A DNA stretch of 51,379 nucleotides, taken from IMG/VR virus record IMGVR_UViG_3300048834_000363, positions 1 to 51,379 of that record; one strand, given 5' to 3'. A program made the position numbers and the translations under genes. Positions 43,124-51,379 of the stretch are shown piece by piece. The notes below the pieces were generated by a model that was not told the origin of the DNA, made no database searches, and saw only the letters and a program-made list of their open reading frames with translations. Each line of letters begins with the position of its first letter. Position 1 is the stretch's first letter. The DNA comes from a virus (lineage: Duplodnaviria; Caudoviricetes).

Positions 43124-43522
43124 ATGTCCAGAGCAGCGACCCCCGACGACAAAACCATCGGCGCCCGCGTGCGCATGAAACGCATCAGCCTCGGCATGAG
43201 CCAAGAGATGCTGGCCGATTATCTCGGACTCACCTTTCAACAGGTGCAGAAGTACGAGATCGGCAAGAACCGCATCGCGGCGAGCAGGCTGATCGGCATC
43301 GCCAGTGCGCTTGGCTGCTCGATCGACGAGCTGATCGGCGGCATCGGCGCCACATCGAACCAAGCCGCCGACGATCTCCTGCGTACCCCAAACGGGCAGG
43401 CCTTGGCGCTTGCCTTCCGCTCGATCGAAAGCCCCGCGCTGCAGCTCGCCGCGATCGAGGCCGTGCGCGCAATCGCCAAGGGCGCCGGCGCTGCCGACAC
43501 CGCCGCGAAGAAGCGGAGCTGA
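43124..43522 (+). CDS. XRE-family HTH regulator
   Basis: IGARVRMKR...GMSQEMLADYLGLTFQQVQKYEIGKNRI. Confidence 0.92.
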   Translation: MSRAATPDDKTIGARVRMKRISLGMSQEMLADYLGLTFQQVQKYEIGKNRIAASRLIGIASALGCSIDELIGGIGATSNQAADDLLRTPNGQALALAFRSIESPALQLAAIEAVRAIAKGAGAADTAAKKRS

Positions 43523-43526
43523 GCCG

Positions 43527-43835
43527 ATGCACATGGCGGACCAAGATCACTCCGAGGCCACGAACACCCGCGTCGCGCAGGGCGTGGTCTCGCTCATCAA
43601 TGCGGTCGCAATCATCGAGGGCTGCACGCGAGAGAACGCGCTGGCGATGGTGATCGGCGCGACGACGTCGATCATGATGACAATGCAGTTCCGCACCGAA
43701 GGCGCCGCATTCTTCCGGGCCGCAGCGGATTGCATCGAGCGCGGCGATGGCCATGACGACTCGGTGCGTGCGCTGGAGCGCGCGTCGATGGCGTGGATTC
43801 TTGCGCACTTCCCCAGTGAGGGGGCAAGCAATTGA
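43527..43835 (+). CDS. Hypothetical protein
   Basis: Fills the gap; TTGA overlap with the next gene. Confidence 0.6.
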   Translation: MHMADQDHSEATNTRVAQGVVSLINAVAIIEGCTRENALAMVIGATTSIMMTMQFRTEGAAFFRAAADCIERGDGHDDSVRALERASMAWILAHFPSEGASN

Positions 43836-44419
43836 CCCAAGCTTACCCGCTCCAATGGCCGCACGGCTGGCCGCGCACGCCGATCCATCGGCAAGGCCGC
43901 TCGCGCTTCAAGGTCACGCCCGATCGCGCACGTCGCAATCTGCTTGACCAAATCCGCATGCTGGGCGCGCGCAACGCCGTGATCTCGTCGAACGTGCCGA
44001 TCCGGCAAGACGGCCAGCCCTACGCCGATGCGTCGCGGCGCGTCATCACCGACGCTGGGGTCGCCGTCTATTTCGAGCTCGACGGCAAGGCGATGGCGAT
44101 GGCCTGCGATCTCTACCAGACGCCGCACGAGAACATGCACTCGCTGGGTCACGCCATCGAGCATCTGCGCGGGCTCGATCGGCACGGCGGCGGTCACATG
44201 ATCGAGCGCGCCTTCACCGGCTTCACGGCGCTGCCGTCACCGCAGCAACCGCAGCACTGGTACGAAATCCTCGGCGTCTCGCGCGACGCCACGAAGGAAG
44301 AGATCGAAGCCGCGTTCCGCGAGCGCGCCAAGACGGCTCACCCCGACACCGGCGGTTCACACGAAGCGATGGCCGCACTCACCGGCGCCCGACGCGCCGG
44401 CCTCTTGGCGCGCGGCTAA
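43832..44419 (+). CDS. Phage protein with a C-terminal J domain
   Basis: AYPLQWPHGWPRT N-domain; WYEILGVS...AKTAHPDTGGS (HPD motif). Confidence 0.9.
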   Translation: MTQAYPLQWPHGWPRTPIHRQGRSRFKVTPDRARRNLLDQIRMLGARNAVISSNVPIRQDGQPYADASRRVITDAGVAVYFELDGKAMAMACDLYQTPHENMHSLGHAIEHLRGLDRHGGGHMIERAFTGFTALPSPQQPQHWYEILGVSRDATKEEIEAAFRERAKTAHPDTGGSHEAMAALTGARRAGLLARG

Positions 44420-44447
44420 CCGATCAACGCAAAGGACACCGACACAC

Positions 44448-44672
44448 ATGCCCACGCACTACCTCGAAAAGCGCTCGATGCGCATCGCCGGCAAACGCAC
44501 CAGCGTAGCACTTGAACCTGAGTTCTGGCGCTCGATCGAAGCTTCGGCGAAGGCGCAGAAGTGCACGCTGCCCGTGCTGATGGCCAAGCTCGATGCGGCC
44601 AAGCGACCGGGCCAAACGCTCGCCAGCGCATGCCGCTGCCACGCGCTCAACATGGCGGAGGTGAACTTCTGA
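44448..44672 (+). CDS. Ribbon-helix-helix protein
   Basis: KRSMRIAGKRTSVALEPEFW...LASACR. Confidence 0.88.
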   Translation: MPTHYLEKRSMRIAGKRTSVALEPEFWRSIEASAKAQKCTLPVLMAKLDAAKRPGQTLASACRCHALNMAEVNF

Positions 44673-45208
44673 TGCCGGAAGGTTTCGCAACCCTCGCCGC
44701 GTTCGTCGCCTATGGCGGCGTCTCGAACTGGTTGGCCGGCGGACAGAAGCGCTGGCGCAAGCGCCTCGGTCTGCCGGGCCGCAGCATCTACTACATGGGC
44801 TTGCTGGCGATCATCGTCGGCTGGTTCACGTACGGCGGCATCGGCGCGCTCGCCGGGCTCACCTTCCTGCTGTGGCGCTTGCCGGGCTGGTACGGCGCGC
44901 TTGACGCCGGCGTCTCGCCGCTCGCCAAACCAGGCGAAGGCAAAATCTTCGGCCTCGATGTGCGCCCGCTGCGGCTGCGCGACTTCATCGTGATGAGCTC
45001 GCGCGGGCTCCTCGCGTTCCCGCTCTTCGTGTTCGTCGCGTGGCGCGATCAAACCGCGGCGCCGCTCTTCGTGCTGGTCGTCGCCTCGCTCGCCATCGGC
45101 GGCGCGTACGACCTGGCCTGCCGCTACTTCAAGAACAACACCGGCCTTGCCGAAGCCCTGACCGGCTGCGTGTGGGGCATCGCTTTCTTCATGATGCTGG
45201 AGGGCTGA
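44672..45208 (+). CDS. Multi-pass membrane protein
   Basis: TGATG overlap start MPEGF; about 5 hydrophobic segments. Confidence 0.75.
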   Translation: MPEGFATLAAFVAYGGVSNWLAGGQKRWRKRLGLPGRSIYYMGLLAIIVGWFTYGGIGALAGLTFLLWRLPGWYGALDAGVSPLAKPGEGKIFGLDVRPLRLRDFIVMSSRGLLAFPLFVFVAWRDQTAAPLFVLVVASLAIGGAYDLACRYFKNNTGLAEALTGCVWGIAFFMMLEG

Positions 45209-45212
45209 GCCG

Positions 45213-45533
45213 ATGCAGGTGAAGGTTTGGGTGTCCGTCGCCGCCGCTGTTGTGACCTCGCTGCTGCTGTGGGGCGTGATCATCGCGACGACGATCTGGT
45301 CGTGGACCAAGCTCACGAACGCGCAACCCGATGGGCTGCTTGCGCTGCTGCTGCTGGGCGGCGGCGGCGTGATCCTGCTTACCGGCGTTTGGCTGGTCGG
45401 CACGGCCAAGCGCGCGATCGAGACCGAGGCCTTCATGCCGCTGCTGCAGTCCGGTCGTTACGTCGTCGCCGTCGGTGCGCTGGTGCTGTCGGCTGGCGCC
45501 GGCTCGCTTCTGACGATTGAGGTGGCGCGATGA
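45213..45533 (+). CDS. Three-TM membrane protein
   Basis: Three hydrophobic segments; SD GGAGG. Confidence 0.7.
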   Translation: MQVKVWVSVAAAVVTSLLLWGVIIATTIWSWTKLTNAQPDGLLALLLLGGGGVILLTGVWLVGTAKRAIETEAFMPLLQSGRYVVAVGALVLSAGAGSLLTIEVAR

Positions 45534-45603
45534 GCGCTCTGTTCCTCGCGCTGGCTCTGCTCTTTGCGGCGTTTGTTGCGCCGACGGGGAGGCGCTGACG
45601 GCA

Positions 45604-45861
45604 ATGAAGAACAAGATAGGCGACCTGAACAATCACCTTTTCGCGCAGCTCGAGCGGCTGGGCGACGAGGATCTGACGGGCGATGCCCTAGAGGCCGAGT
45701 GCAAGCGCGCCGAAGCCATCGCGGAGATCAGCGAGCAATTGATCCGCAGCGCGAACGTGTCGCTGAATGCGGCCAAGCTCGTCGGCGAATACGGCGCCAG
45801 CGTGCGACAAGGGCTGCCGCTGCTGGAGTCGCCGCGCCATATCGCGAGCGACGACGAATGA
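45604..45861 (+). CDS. Conserved small phage protein (MKNKIGDLNNHLFAQLERL)
   Basis: Pattern commonly found just upstream of this type of HNH gene; SD GGAGG. Confidence 0.8.
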   Translation: MKNKIGDLNNHLFAQLERLGDEDLTGDALEAECKRAEAIAEISEQLIRSANVSLNAAKLVGEYGASVRQGLPLLESPRHIASDDE

Positions 45862-46700
45862 GAGGCAAGGCCATCTCTTACAGCGCCGCCGAAATGGCGT
45901 GGCTCAAAGCGAACCGCTCGCTGGTGATGAGTGATTACGCCGCCGCGTTCAATGCGGAGTTCGGGCGTGACCTCACGCCGGAGAACCTGAAAGCCTTGCG
46001 CGTGCGCATGGGTTGGCGCGTCGGGCGCGCCGCCAGTCGTGCGAAGATGAAGGGCGCCGCCAAAGCGTATTCCGCAGAGGAAATGGCCTGGCTTGAGACC
46101 AACCGCCTGCTGCCAATCGCCGACTACACGGCGCAGTTCAACGCGGCGTTCGGTCGTGATGTCTCGGCTGAGAAGCTTCATGCGTTGCGCAAGCGGCGCC
46201 GCTGGAAAACTGGCCGCACCGGCCAATTCGAGAAAGGCCAAACGTCGCCGAACAAAGGCAAGAAGATGCCGCCCGGTGTCGGCGGCAACCACCCCAATGC
46301 GCAGCGCACGCAGTTCAAGAAAGGCGGCTTGCCGCACAATACGAAGCACGCCGGCCACGAGCGCATGACGAAGGACGGCTACGTCATGATGAGCGTTGAC
46401 GAGACGAACCCGCACACCGGCTTCGAGCGCCGCTACGTGCTGAAACACAAGTGGCTTTGGGAGCAGAAGAACGGCCCGCTCCCGGATGACCATGCCTTGA
46501 AATGCATAGACGGCAACCGAGCGAATGCGGACCCGTCGAACTGGGAAGCGATTCCGCGCGCGATGCTGCCGCTGCTGACGAAGGGCCCGCGTGGCCGTGG
46601 CCTCGATTACGACGCCGCGCCCGATGAGCTGAAGCCCGCGATCATGGCGGTGGCGAAGCTGAAACACACGGCGAAAGCAAAGCGGAAGGCGACGCGATGA
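45858..46700 (+). CDS. HNH endonuclease with a duplicated N-terminal helical repeat
   Basis: FEKGQTSPNKG, TQFKKGGLPHN, KDGY, KHKWLWEQKNGP, DGNRANADPSNW. Confidence 0.88.
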   Translation: MRGKAISYSAAEMAWLKANRSLVMSDYAAAFNAEFGRDLTPENLKALRVRMGWRVGRAASRAKMKGAAKAYSAEEMAWLETNRLLPIADYTAQFNAAFGRDVSAEKLHALRKRRRWKTGRTGQFEKGQTSPNKGKKMPPGVGGNHPNAQRTQFKKGGLPHNTKHAGHERMTKDGYVMMSVDETNPHTGFERRYVLKHKWLWEQKNGPLPDDHALKCIDGNRANADPSNWEAIPRAMLPLLTKGPRGRGLDYDAAPDELKPAIMAVAKLKHTAKAKRKATR

Positions 46701-46960
46701 GTGAGCCCGCCACCTACACAGTCTGGAGCGAACACCTCGATGGTGAGCACGAGGGCGTTGAGTGCGTCGCTTACAGCGCGTTCGGCGCCGTGCTGTTTGC
46801 CGTCGCCATGTTCGCTGATGACGCGGATGCTGGGGCGGAGCAGGGTTACCTTCTGCCGTTCGCCGGAGAGACTTGGTTCGTCAAGTCGCCGAGCGGGGAG
46901 GTCATCGCATTCCGGCAGCGCGATGAGCTCAACACAATCTTCGAACGGGTAGGGACATGA
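46697..46960 (+). CDS. Hypothetical protein
   Basis: ATGA overlaps on both sides. Confidence 0.65.
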   Translation: MSEPATYTVWSEHLDGEHEGVECVAYSAFGAVLFAVAMFADDADAGAEQGYLLPFAGETWFVKSPSGEVIAFRQRDELNTIFERVGT

Positions 46961-47310
46961 ACCTCACACCCCGCCAGCGCGACCTGATGCTCTACGTGCA
47001 GCGCTACGTCGATGAGTTCGGCTGTTCGCCGACGAACCAGGAGATCACGGACGCGCTGCAGCTCAAATCGAAGGCCGGCACACAGCGCATGCTGAACGGG
47101 CTCGAGGAGCGCGGTTGGCTGACCCGCATCCCGCACCGGGCGCGCGCGATCACGATCTTGAAGCGCGTGCCTGATCCAAAGCGCGGCGACGCAGCGCGCG
47201 AAGCTTACCGCAGCACGCTGCAGGAGATCGCTGCCGGCGACGGCGTCTATGGGCAGCAGGCCTGGGAATACAAATCGAAGGCGCGCCAAGTGTTGAAGGA
47301 TTTTCCATGA
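46957..47310 (+). CDS. LexA-type DNA-binding domain protein without a peptidase domain
   Basis: LTPRQRDL...GCSPTNQEI...LKSKAG...LEERGWL.R...RARAI. Confidence 0.88.
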   Translation: MNLTPRQRDLMLYVQRYVDEFGCSPTNQEITDALQLKSKAGTQRMLNGLEERGWLTRIPHRARAITILKRVPDPKRGDAAREAYRSTLQEIAAGDGVYGQQAWEYKSKARQVLKDFP

Positions 47311-47708
47311 TGAACGCACCCGGCCAGACGCCAAACGGAAAGCGCGTGAGCGCGCTCCTCATCGAGCTGGGCTTCGCCGACATCAGCGCGCTGCAAATGA
47401 ACGCAGCGTGCGGCATGATCGCGGAAGCGCTGGAAGAGCTCAAGCGCGCACGCGAGGCGCTGCAGATGGCGCGCCAATTCGCCGAGGCCGAAGCGGAGCT
47501 GCGCGGCGTCGTCGATGAACGCTACGACCCGCCGGCGGCGGTGATGATCGAGAAGATCGACGGCGTGCGTGCTCCAGGCGTCGCAACCAGCGGCTACGTC
47601 GCGATCGCCGGCGAGGAGCGATTGCCTGGCCTGACAAAGGGGCAAACCGACGAGCGCTGGCAAGGCGTGTTCGATCGTATGGACTCGGAAGGGAAGGCGG
47701 ATGGCTGA
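47307..47708 (+). CDS. Hypothetical protein
   Basis: Overlapping starts and stops. Confidence 0.6.
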   Translation: MMNAPGQTPNGKRVSALLIELGFADISALQMNAACGMIAEALEELKRAREALQMARQFAEAEAELRGVVDERYDPPAAVMIEKIDGVRAPGVATSGYVAIAGEERLPGLTKGQTDERWQGVFDRMDSEGKADG

Positions 47709-48213
47709 GCAAACCTCGATCGAATGGGCCGCCAACGCCGACGGCACGTCCGGCGCGACCACGCTGGCCTACCTCGCGGGTGTCATCGACAGCGACGGCT
47801 ACATTTCAATTCAGCGCGTGGTGCGCAAAGGGAAGCGCTATCACTGCGCGATTGTAGGGATCGCTGGAACGCGGCGCGAGCCGCACGATTTGGCCGCATC
47901 GATCTGGGGCGGGAAGATCATTCCTTACACGCCAAAGAATCCGCGCCACCGCACGCAATTTCAATGGCAACGTTCAGGTCGATCGGCTGTGCCGGTGATC
48001 AACGCGGTGCTGCCTTATCTTCTGGTCAAGGTGCAGCAGGCGCTTCTGGCCCTGGAGTGCGAAGCCAACCTCGAAGAAGAACGCGCTGGCGGGGATGATC
48101 CTTTTCCATGGTGCGGGCCGGATTATGATCCGCGCGATCATCGCGACGAGATGCGAGAAGAGATCATCACGCACCTAAACCAGGGGCGGCGCATGCCGTT
48201 CACCAGAGCATGA
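47701..48213 (+). CDS. Single-motif LAGLIDADG endonuclease-like protein
   Basis: LAYLAGVIDSDGYISI...LPYLLVKVQQA. Confidence 0.85.
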   Translation: MAEQTSIEWAANADGTSGATTLAYLAGVIDSDGYISIQRVVRKGKRYHCAIVGIAGTRREPHDLAASIWGGKIIPYTPKNPRHRTQFQWQRSGRSAVPVINAVLPYLLVKVQQALLALECEANLEEERAGGDDPFPWCGPDYDPRDHRDEMREEIITHLNQGRRMPFTRA

Positions 48214-48686
48214 GCGATCGGGTCAACTACCTCACCGTCGCGCAGAACTTCGCGCTCGAAGCGGCGTGCGCGGTGCTGAATGATGCCGGCTTCGACGCTT
48301 ACCTTGTCGGCTCATGCATGGAGCGCGCGACCTATCGAGACGTCGATATTCGCTGCATCCTCAGCGACGACGAGTTCGATCAGCGCTTCAAAGGCCAGCG
48401 CGTGCGGCTGCGGCTGCTGAACGCGGCGCTCTCTGAATGGATCTCGGCGCGCACCGGTTTGCCGATCGACTTTCAGTTTCAGCCGATGACGGAGGCGCAG
48501 AAATACAAAGGCCGCCCGCGCAACCCGATGGGCATCCTGATCGAGTGCGAGCGAACGCGCGACATGAGCGATGCTATCACAATAGCGCAGACGATTTGCG
48601 CGCACGAAGGCGAATACACCGATCACGGTGACCACTTTACATGCGACGATTGCGGGAAGGTCTTGCCGAAGGACGCGCAGCCATGA
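48210..48686 (+). CDS. Minimal nucleotidyltransferase-like protein with a Cys-rich tail
   Basis: YLVGS...RDVDIR and later IDFQ (GS, DxD and third Asp). Confidence 0.75.
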   Translation: MSDRVNYLTVAQNFALEAACAVLNDAGFDAYLVGSCMERATYRDVDIRCILSDDEFDQRFKGQRVRLRLLNAALSEWISARTGLPIDFQFQPMTEAQKYKGRPRNPMGILIECERTRDMSDAITIAQTICAHEGEYTDHGDHFTCDDCGKVLPKDAQP

Positions 48687-49129
48687 CGAAAACGATCGAA
48701 CAGCACTTCACCGACTGGGAATCGCACGTGTTCGGCTACGGATATGGCACCGGCGAGGAGTTCATCATTCCGGCCTTGCGTCAGTTCCTCGAACTGTGCG
48801 CTCGGACTGAGAATGGCGGATACCATCACGAAAAACTCAGCGCGGTGCTGACGCCCACCGTGGCGTGGCTTCTGATCAACATACTCTGCGACGCCGACAT
48901 CATCGAGTACGGCACGTCCCCGCGCGGCGGATGGCTGACGTCGAAGGGCCAGCGCCTAAAAGAGTTCGTTCTCGCGCGCACCGTCGACGAGCTCCTAGAA
49001 CTGACGTGTCGAACGATGGAGGACGACGGCCACGATCACTGCTCGCCAGATTTCTGCAATTGCGGCCCTAACGGCTACGAGCCGAACAAACGCTGCCCAA
49101 ATCCGTTTTGGACCGGCGGCGATGCCTGA
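48683..49129 (+). CDS. Hypothetical protein, Cys-rich C-terminus
   Basis: ATGA overlap; FGYGYGTGE, IEYGTSPRGGWLT. Confidence 0.75.
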   Translation: MTKTIEQHFTDWESHVFGYGYGTGEEFIIPALRQFLELCARTENGGYHHEKLSAVLTPTVAWLLINILCDADIIEYGTSPRGGWLTSKGQRLKEFVLARTVDELLELTCRTMEDDGHDHCSPDFCNCGPNGYEPNKRCPNPFWTGGDA

Positions 49130-49361
49130 GCCCCGCCGCCCCCGCTGCCGCTACGCCTCTGACGCCGAGGTCAAGCGCGCCTTCAAGCTGGCGCGCGAGG
49201 AGGGGCTGAACCCGACCGGCTTCACTTTGCAGCCCGACGGCGGGGTGACAGTGCTTGACTCCAGCGCAGCTGCGGCGCCTGGGTTGGCCGAGGGGGAAAC
49301 TTCAGCCGATGCCGCGCTCGCCGCCTGGAAAAAGACGCATGGAACTCCCGGGCGCCAATAA
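49122..49361 (+). CDS. Probable excisionase / recombination directionality factor
   Basis: Small gene overlapping the integrase start; call rests on position. Confidence 0.55.
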   Translation: MPEPRRPRCRYASDAEVKRAFKLAREEGLNPTGFTLQPDGGVTVLDSSAAAAPGLAEGETSADAALAAWKKTHGTPGRQ

Positions 49362-50553
49362 GGTCTGGAAGCGGCTGGCAGGCGGCCGCTGGGCGCGCCT
49401 CTGGTACGCCTGGCGCGGGCGCGGTGCGCCGCTGCTGGCGCGCTTCGAGGGCGACACGCGCGCCGATGTCGAAGCCCAGGAGGCCAGCGACGAGGGCGCC
49501 AAGAAGCTCGCGCTCGGCTTCGCGAATTCGACCAACCCGAAGATCGACACGCGCACCGTCGGCGGAATCGTCTCGGCATGGAAGGCGAGCCCCGCCTTCA
49601 AGAACCGCTCGGACTCGACGAAGAAGAGCGAGATGAAGCCGGTCGATGATGTGATCGACAGTCCGATCGGCCAGATGCCTGCGTCGCTGCTGACGGCCAA
49701 GCGCGCGCAAGCGAAGATCACGGAATGGCTTGAACACATCGCGGCGACGAATGGACCAGCCGCCGCCGACAAGCGGCAAGACGTGATTTCGAAGGCGCTG
49801 AACTGGGGGAAGAGCAAGGGCCATTGCGCGGCGAACCCGGCCGAGGGGATCAAGAACTTCGCCAACGCCGATCGGTCCGACATCATTTGGCTCAGCGAAG
49901 ACGTGCGGGCGTTCGAGGCGTCGGCGCGTGCGGCGTGGGCGGTGAAGCGCAAGGCGGGAACACCGCAGCCGAACACGCCGCCCCTGATCGTGCTGGCGCT
50001 CATGCTGGCCTGCTACACGGGCCTGCGGCGCGAAGACTTGGTCAACCTGACTTGGCGCGACGTCGGTCCCAACGCGATCACGCTGCGCGCGCGTAAGTCC
50101 GCACGCCGCGCCCGCACCGCCGGCAAGAAGGCGCCGCCGCCGGTGATTATCCCGCGCACGCCGGATCTCAACGCCGTGCTTGAGCTGCTCGATCCTGGTG
50201 AGGAGAAGCGCGCTGAACGGCCCTGGGTGCTGGTGAACACGCGCGGCAAGAAGTGGACGCCTGACGGGCTGTCATCGACGTTCTTCAAGGTGCGCGATGC
50301 CGCGAACGGTGGCGCAGGAATCAACTTCTATCCGACCGAGCCCGACGATGCGGCGCCGATCGCGAAGACCTTACACGATGCGCGGGGGACGTTCGTCACG
50401 CACATGCGCTGCCTCGGCTTCGCCAAGGAAGAGGTCGCGGAGATGGTGGGCTGGACGACGGAAGACGTCGATCGCGTCGCCAAGCGCTATGCCGACGCGG
50501 AGCGGATCGCGCTGGCGTGGCTGGAACGGCTGAAGCGTCGCAGCGGCGGCTGA
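49339..50553 (+). CDS. int: Tyrosine recombinase / integrase
   Basis: YTGLRREDL (Arg), LHDARGT (HxxR), VGW, KRYA (Tyr); adjacent to att. Confidence 0.95.
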   Translation: MELPGANKVWKRLAGGRWARLWYAWRGRGAPLLARFEGDTRADVEAQEASDEGAKKLALGFANSTNPKIDTRTVGGIVSAWKASPAFKNRSDSTKKSEMKPVDDVIDSPIGQMPASLLTAKRAQAKITEWLEHIAATNGPAAADKRQDVISKALNWGKSKGHCAANPAEGIKNFANADRSDIIWLSEDVRAFEASARAAWAVKRKAGTPQPNTPPLIVLALMLACYTGLRREDLVNLTWRDVGPNAITLRARKSARRARTAGKKAPPPVIIPRTPDLNAVLELLDPGEEKRAERPWVLVNTRGKKWTPDGLSSTFFKVRDAANGGAGINFYPTEPDDAAPIAKTLHDARGTFVTHMRCLGFAKEEVAEMVGWTTEDVDRVAKRYADAERIALAWLERLKRRSGG

Positions 50554-50554
50554 C

Positions 50555-50616
50555 GGTTTGCATCAAAACAAAAAGCTGAATGACAACAACGACCGTTTTC
50601 GGGCGCGGTTTGCATC
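50555..50616 (+). promoter_or_regulatory. Putative integrase arm-type sites (2 x GGTTTGCATC)
   Basis: Copies at 50555..50564 and 50607..50616, matching those at 123..144. Confidence 0.7.
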
Positions 50617-50640
50617 TAAGCGATTGATTGCTGCACGGTC

Positions 50641-50687
50641 CTGTCGGCTTAGGACGGACCTGCTCTATCCAGCTGAGCTACGGGGCC
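50641..50687 (-). repeat. Right attachment site; truncated 5' tRNA-Arg-like fragment
   Basis: Identical to 1..47; the minus-strand continuation into the phage shows no T arm or acceptor 3' strand. Confidence 0.95.
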
Positions 50688-50699
50688 ACGCAGGCGCCA

Positions 50700-50728
50700 G
50701 AGCTAGGCAAAAGTGTCGATCCCCGCAA
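50700..50728 (-). promoter_or_regulatory. Candidate native host tRNA promoter
   Basis: TTGCGG-N17-TAGCTC ends 12 nt before tRNA position 1. Confidence 0.5.
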
Positions 50729-50802
50729 CTGGTTCACGCTGGACCCCGGCGCTTCGGCGCAGCATCATGGCGCTCGCTGGGGAGCGGGGGAGAGTGCACG
50801 CC

Positions 50803-51379
50803 ATGGCCCATACCTACGCCAATGCCCGTTCGCGGGCGGCCGCCTGGTTGACCGCGATCTCACACACCCGGGCCGGGGCGTTTCGTTGGGGGGTCGTGAT
50901 CCTCCTGACGCTGATTTGGATCGGCGGCGGTCTATTTTTGTGGCGTGACCAAGGCCTGCTTGAAGCCTTCTATCGGACGCTCAGCGCCGTTTCGATGTGG
51001 GACGAATACTTCGACGCGCGAGAGCCTTTGCGCGAACTCGTGCGCTTCGCCGCTATCGCCGCGCCTGCCGTTGGTCTGTTGTTTGCTTTCTCAGGCCAGC
51101 TCGGCCGCTCTCTCGCGCGAATCTTCAATCTCGGCGCCAGGCGCCATGTCGTCATCGCGGGCGACAGTCCGGCCGCGCTCTCCCTGGCGCTCGATTGCCG
51201 CAAGCACAAGGACGCGGTGATCTTGATCGCGCAGGACTTGCCGGACGAAACCGCGCTTGGCCTGCGTCGCAAAGGCGTGATCGTGCTGGAGGGCGACGCC
51301 ACGCATCTGGAGACGTTGCGCACCGCGCGCGCGCATCACGCGGCGCATGTTGTGGCGTTCGAGCCTGAGGACACCGCGA
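50803..51379 (+). CDS. Host membrane protein with a TrkA-N/RCK domain (3' end outside the window)
   Basis: Translated by hand: TM helices, then HVVIAGDSPAA...VIVLEGDATHLETLRTARAHHA; open to the window edge; SD GGGAG. Confidence 0.85.
   Translation, partial: MAHTYANARSRAAAWLTAISHTRAGAFRWGVVILLTLIWIGGGLFLWRDQGLLEAFYRTLSAVSMWDEYFDAREPLRELVRFAAIAAPAVGLLFAFSGQLGRSLARIFNLGARRHVVIAGDSPAALSLALDCRKHKDAVILIAQDLPDETALGLRRKGVIVLEGDATHLETLRTARAHHAAHVVAFEPEDTA

Larger units (their letters stand above)
1..50687. mobile_element. Temperate siphovirus prophage, apparently complete, integrated at a tRNA-Arg-like gene
   Basis: 47-bp terminal direct repeats; integrase next to the right repeat; full head, tail, packaging, replication and immunity modules in lambdoid order. 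Confidence 0.97.

Overview
Almost the whole window (1..50687) is one apparently complete temperate siphovirus prophage, about 50.6 kb, in a high-GC alphaproteobacterium. The host assignment (probably Caulobacterales-like) is inferred from the GcrA- and GapR-like genes and the promoter style. The prophage is bounded by a 47-bp direct repeat (1..47 = 50641..50687) that is the 5' part of a tRNA-Arg(CCT)-like gene on the minus strand. The minus strand from about 35170 down to 247 carries Cro, replication and early genes, a late activator, HNH/terminase/portal/ClpP protease/HK97 capsid, tail, tailspike and lysis genes. The plus strand from 35263 to 50553 carries the CI repressor, a long accessory early operon, a probable excisionase and a tyrosine integrase. 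A host RCK/TrkA-N membrane protein gene begins at 50803. The standout is 39918..41219: a lone small protein with Cas7/Csm3-type RAMP motifs sits between two non-coding arrays of strict 5-nt periodicity (constant C-R-Y triplet plus a variable dinucleotide; 20 and 18 units) and is followed by a winged-helix protein. This is a candidate RNA-guided system that is not a CRISPR array. Other notable points are a phage-supplied promoter for the target tRNA, no recognisable endolysin, a tail-tip gene apparently split by an inserted cassette, and a frameshift that fuses a leader gene to the late activator. All protein family calls come from motifs recognised by eye; no database search was run.
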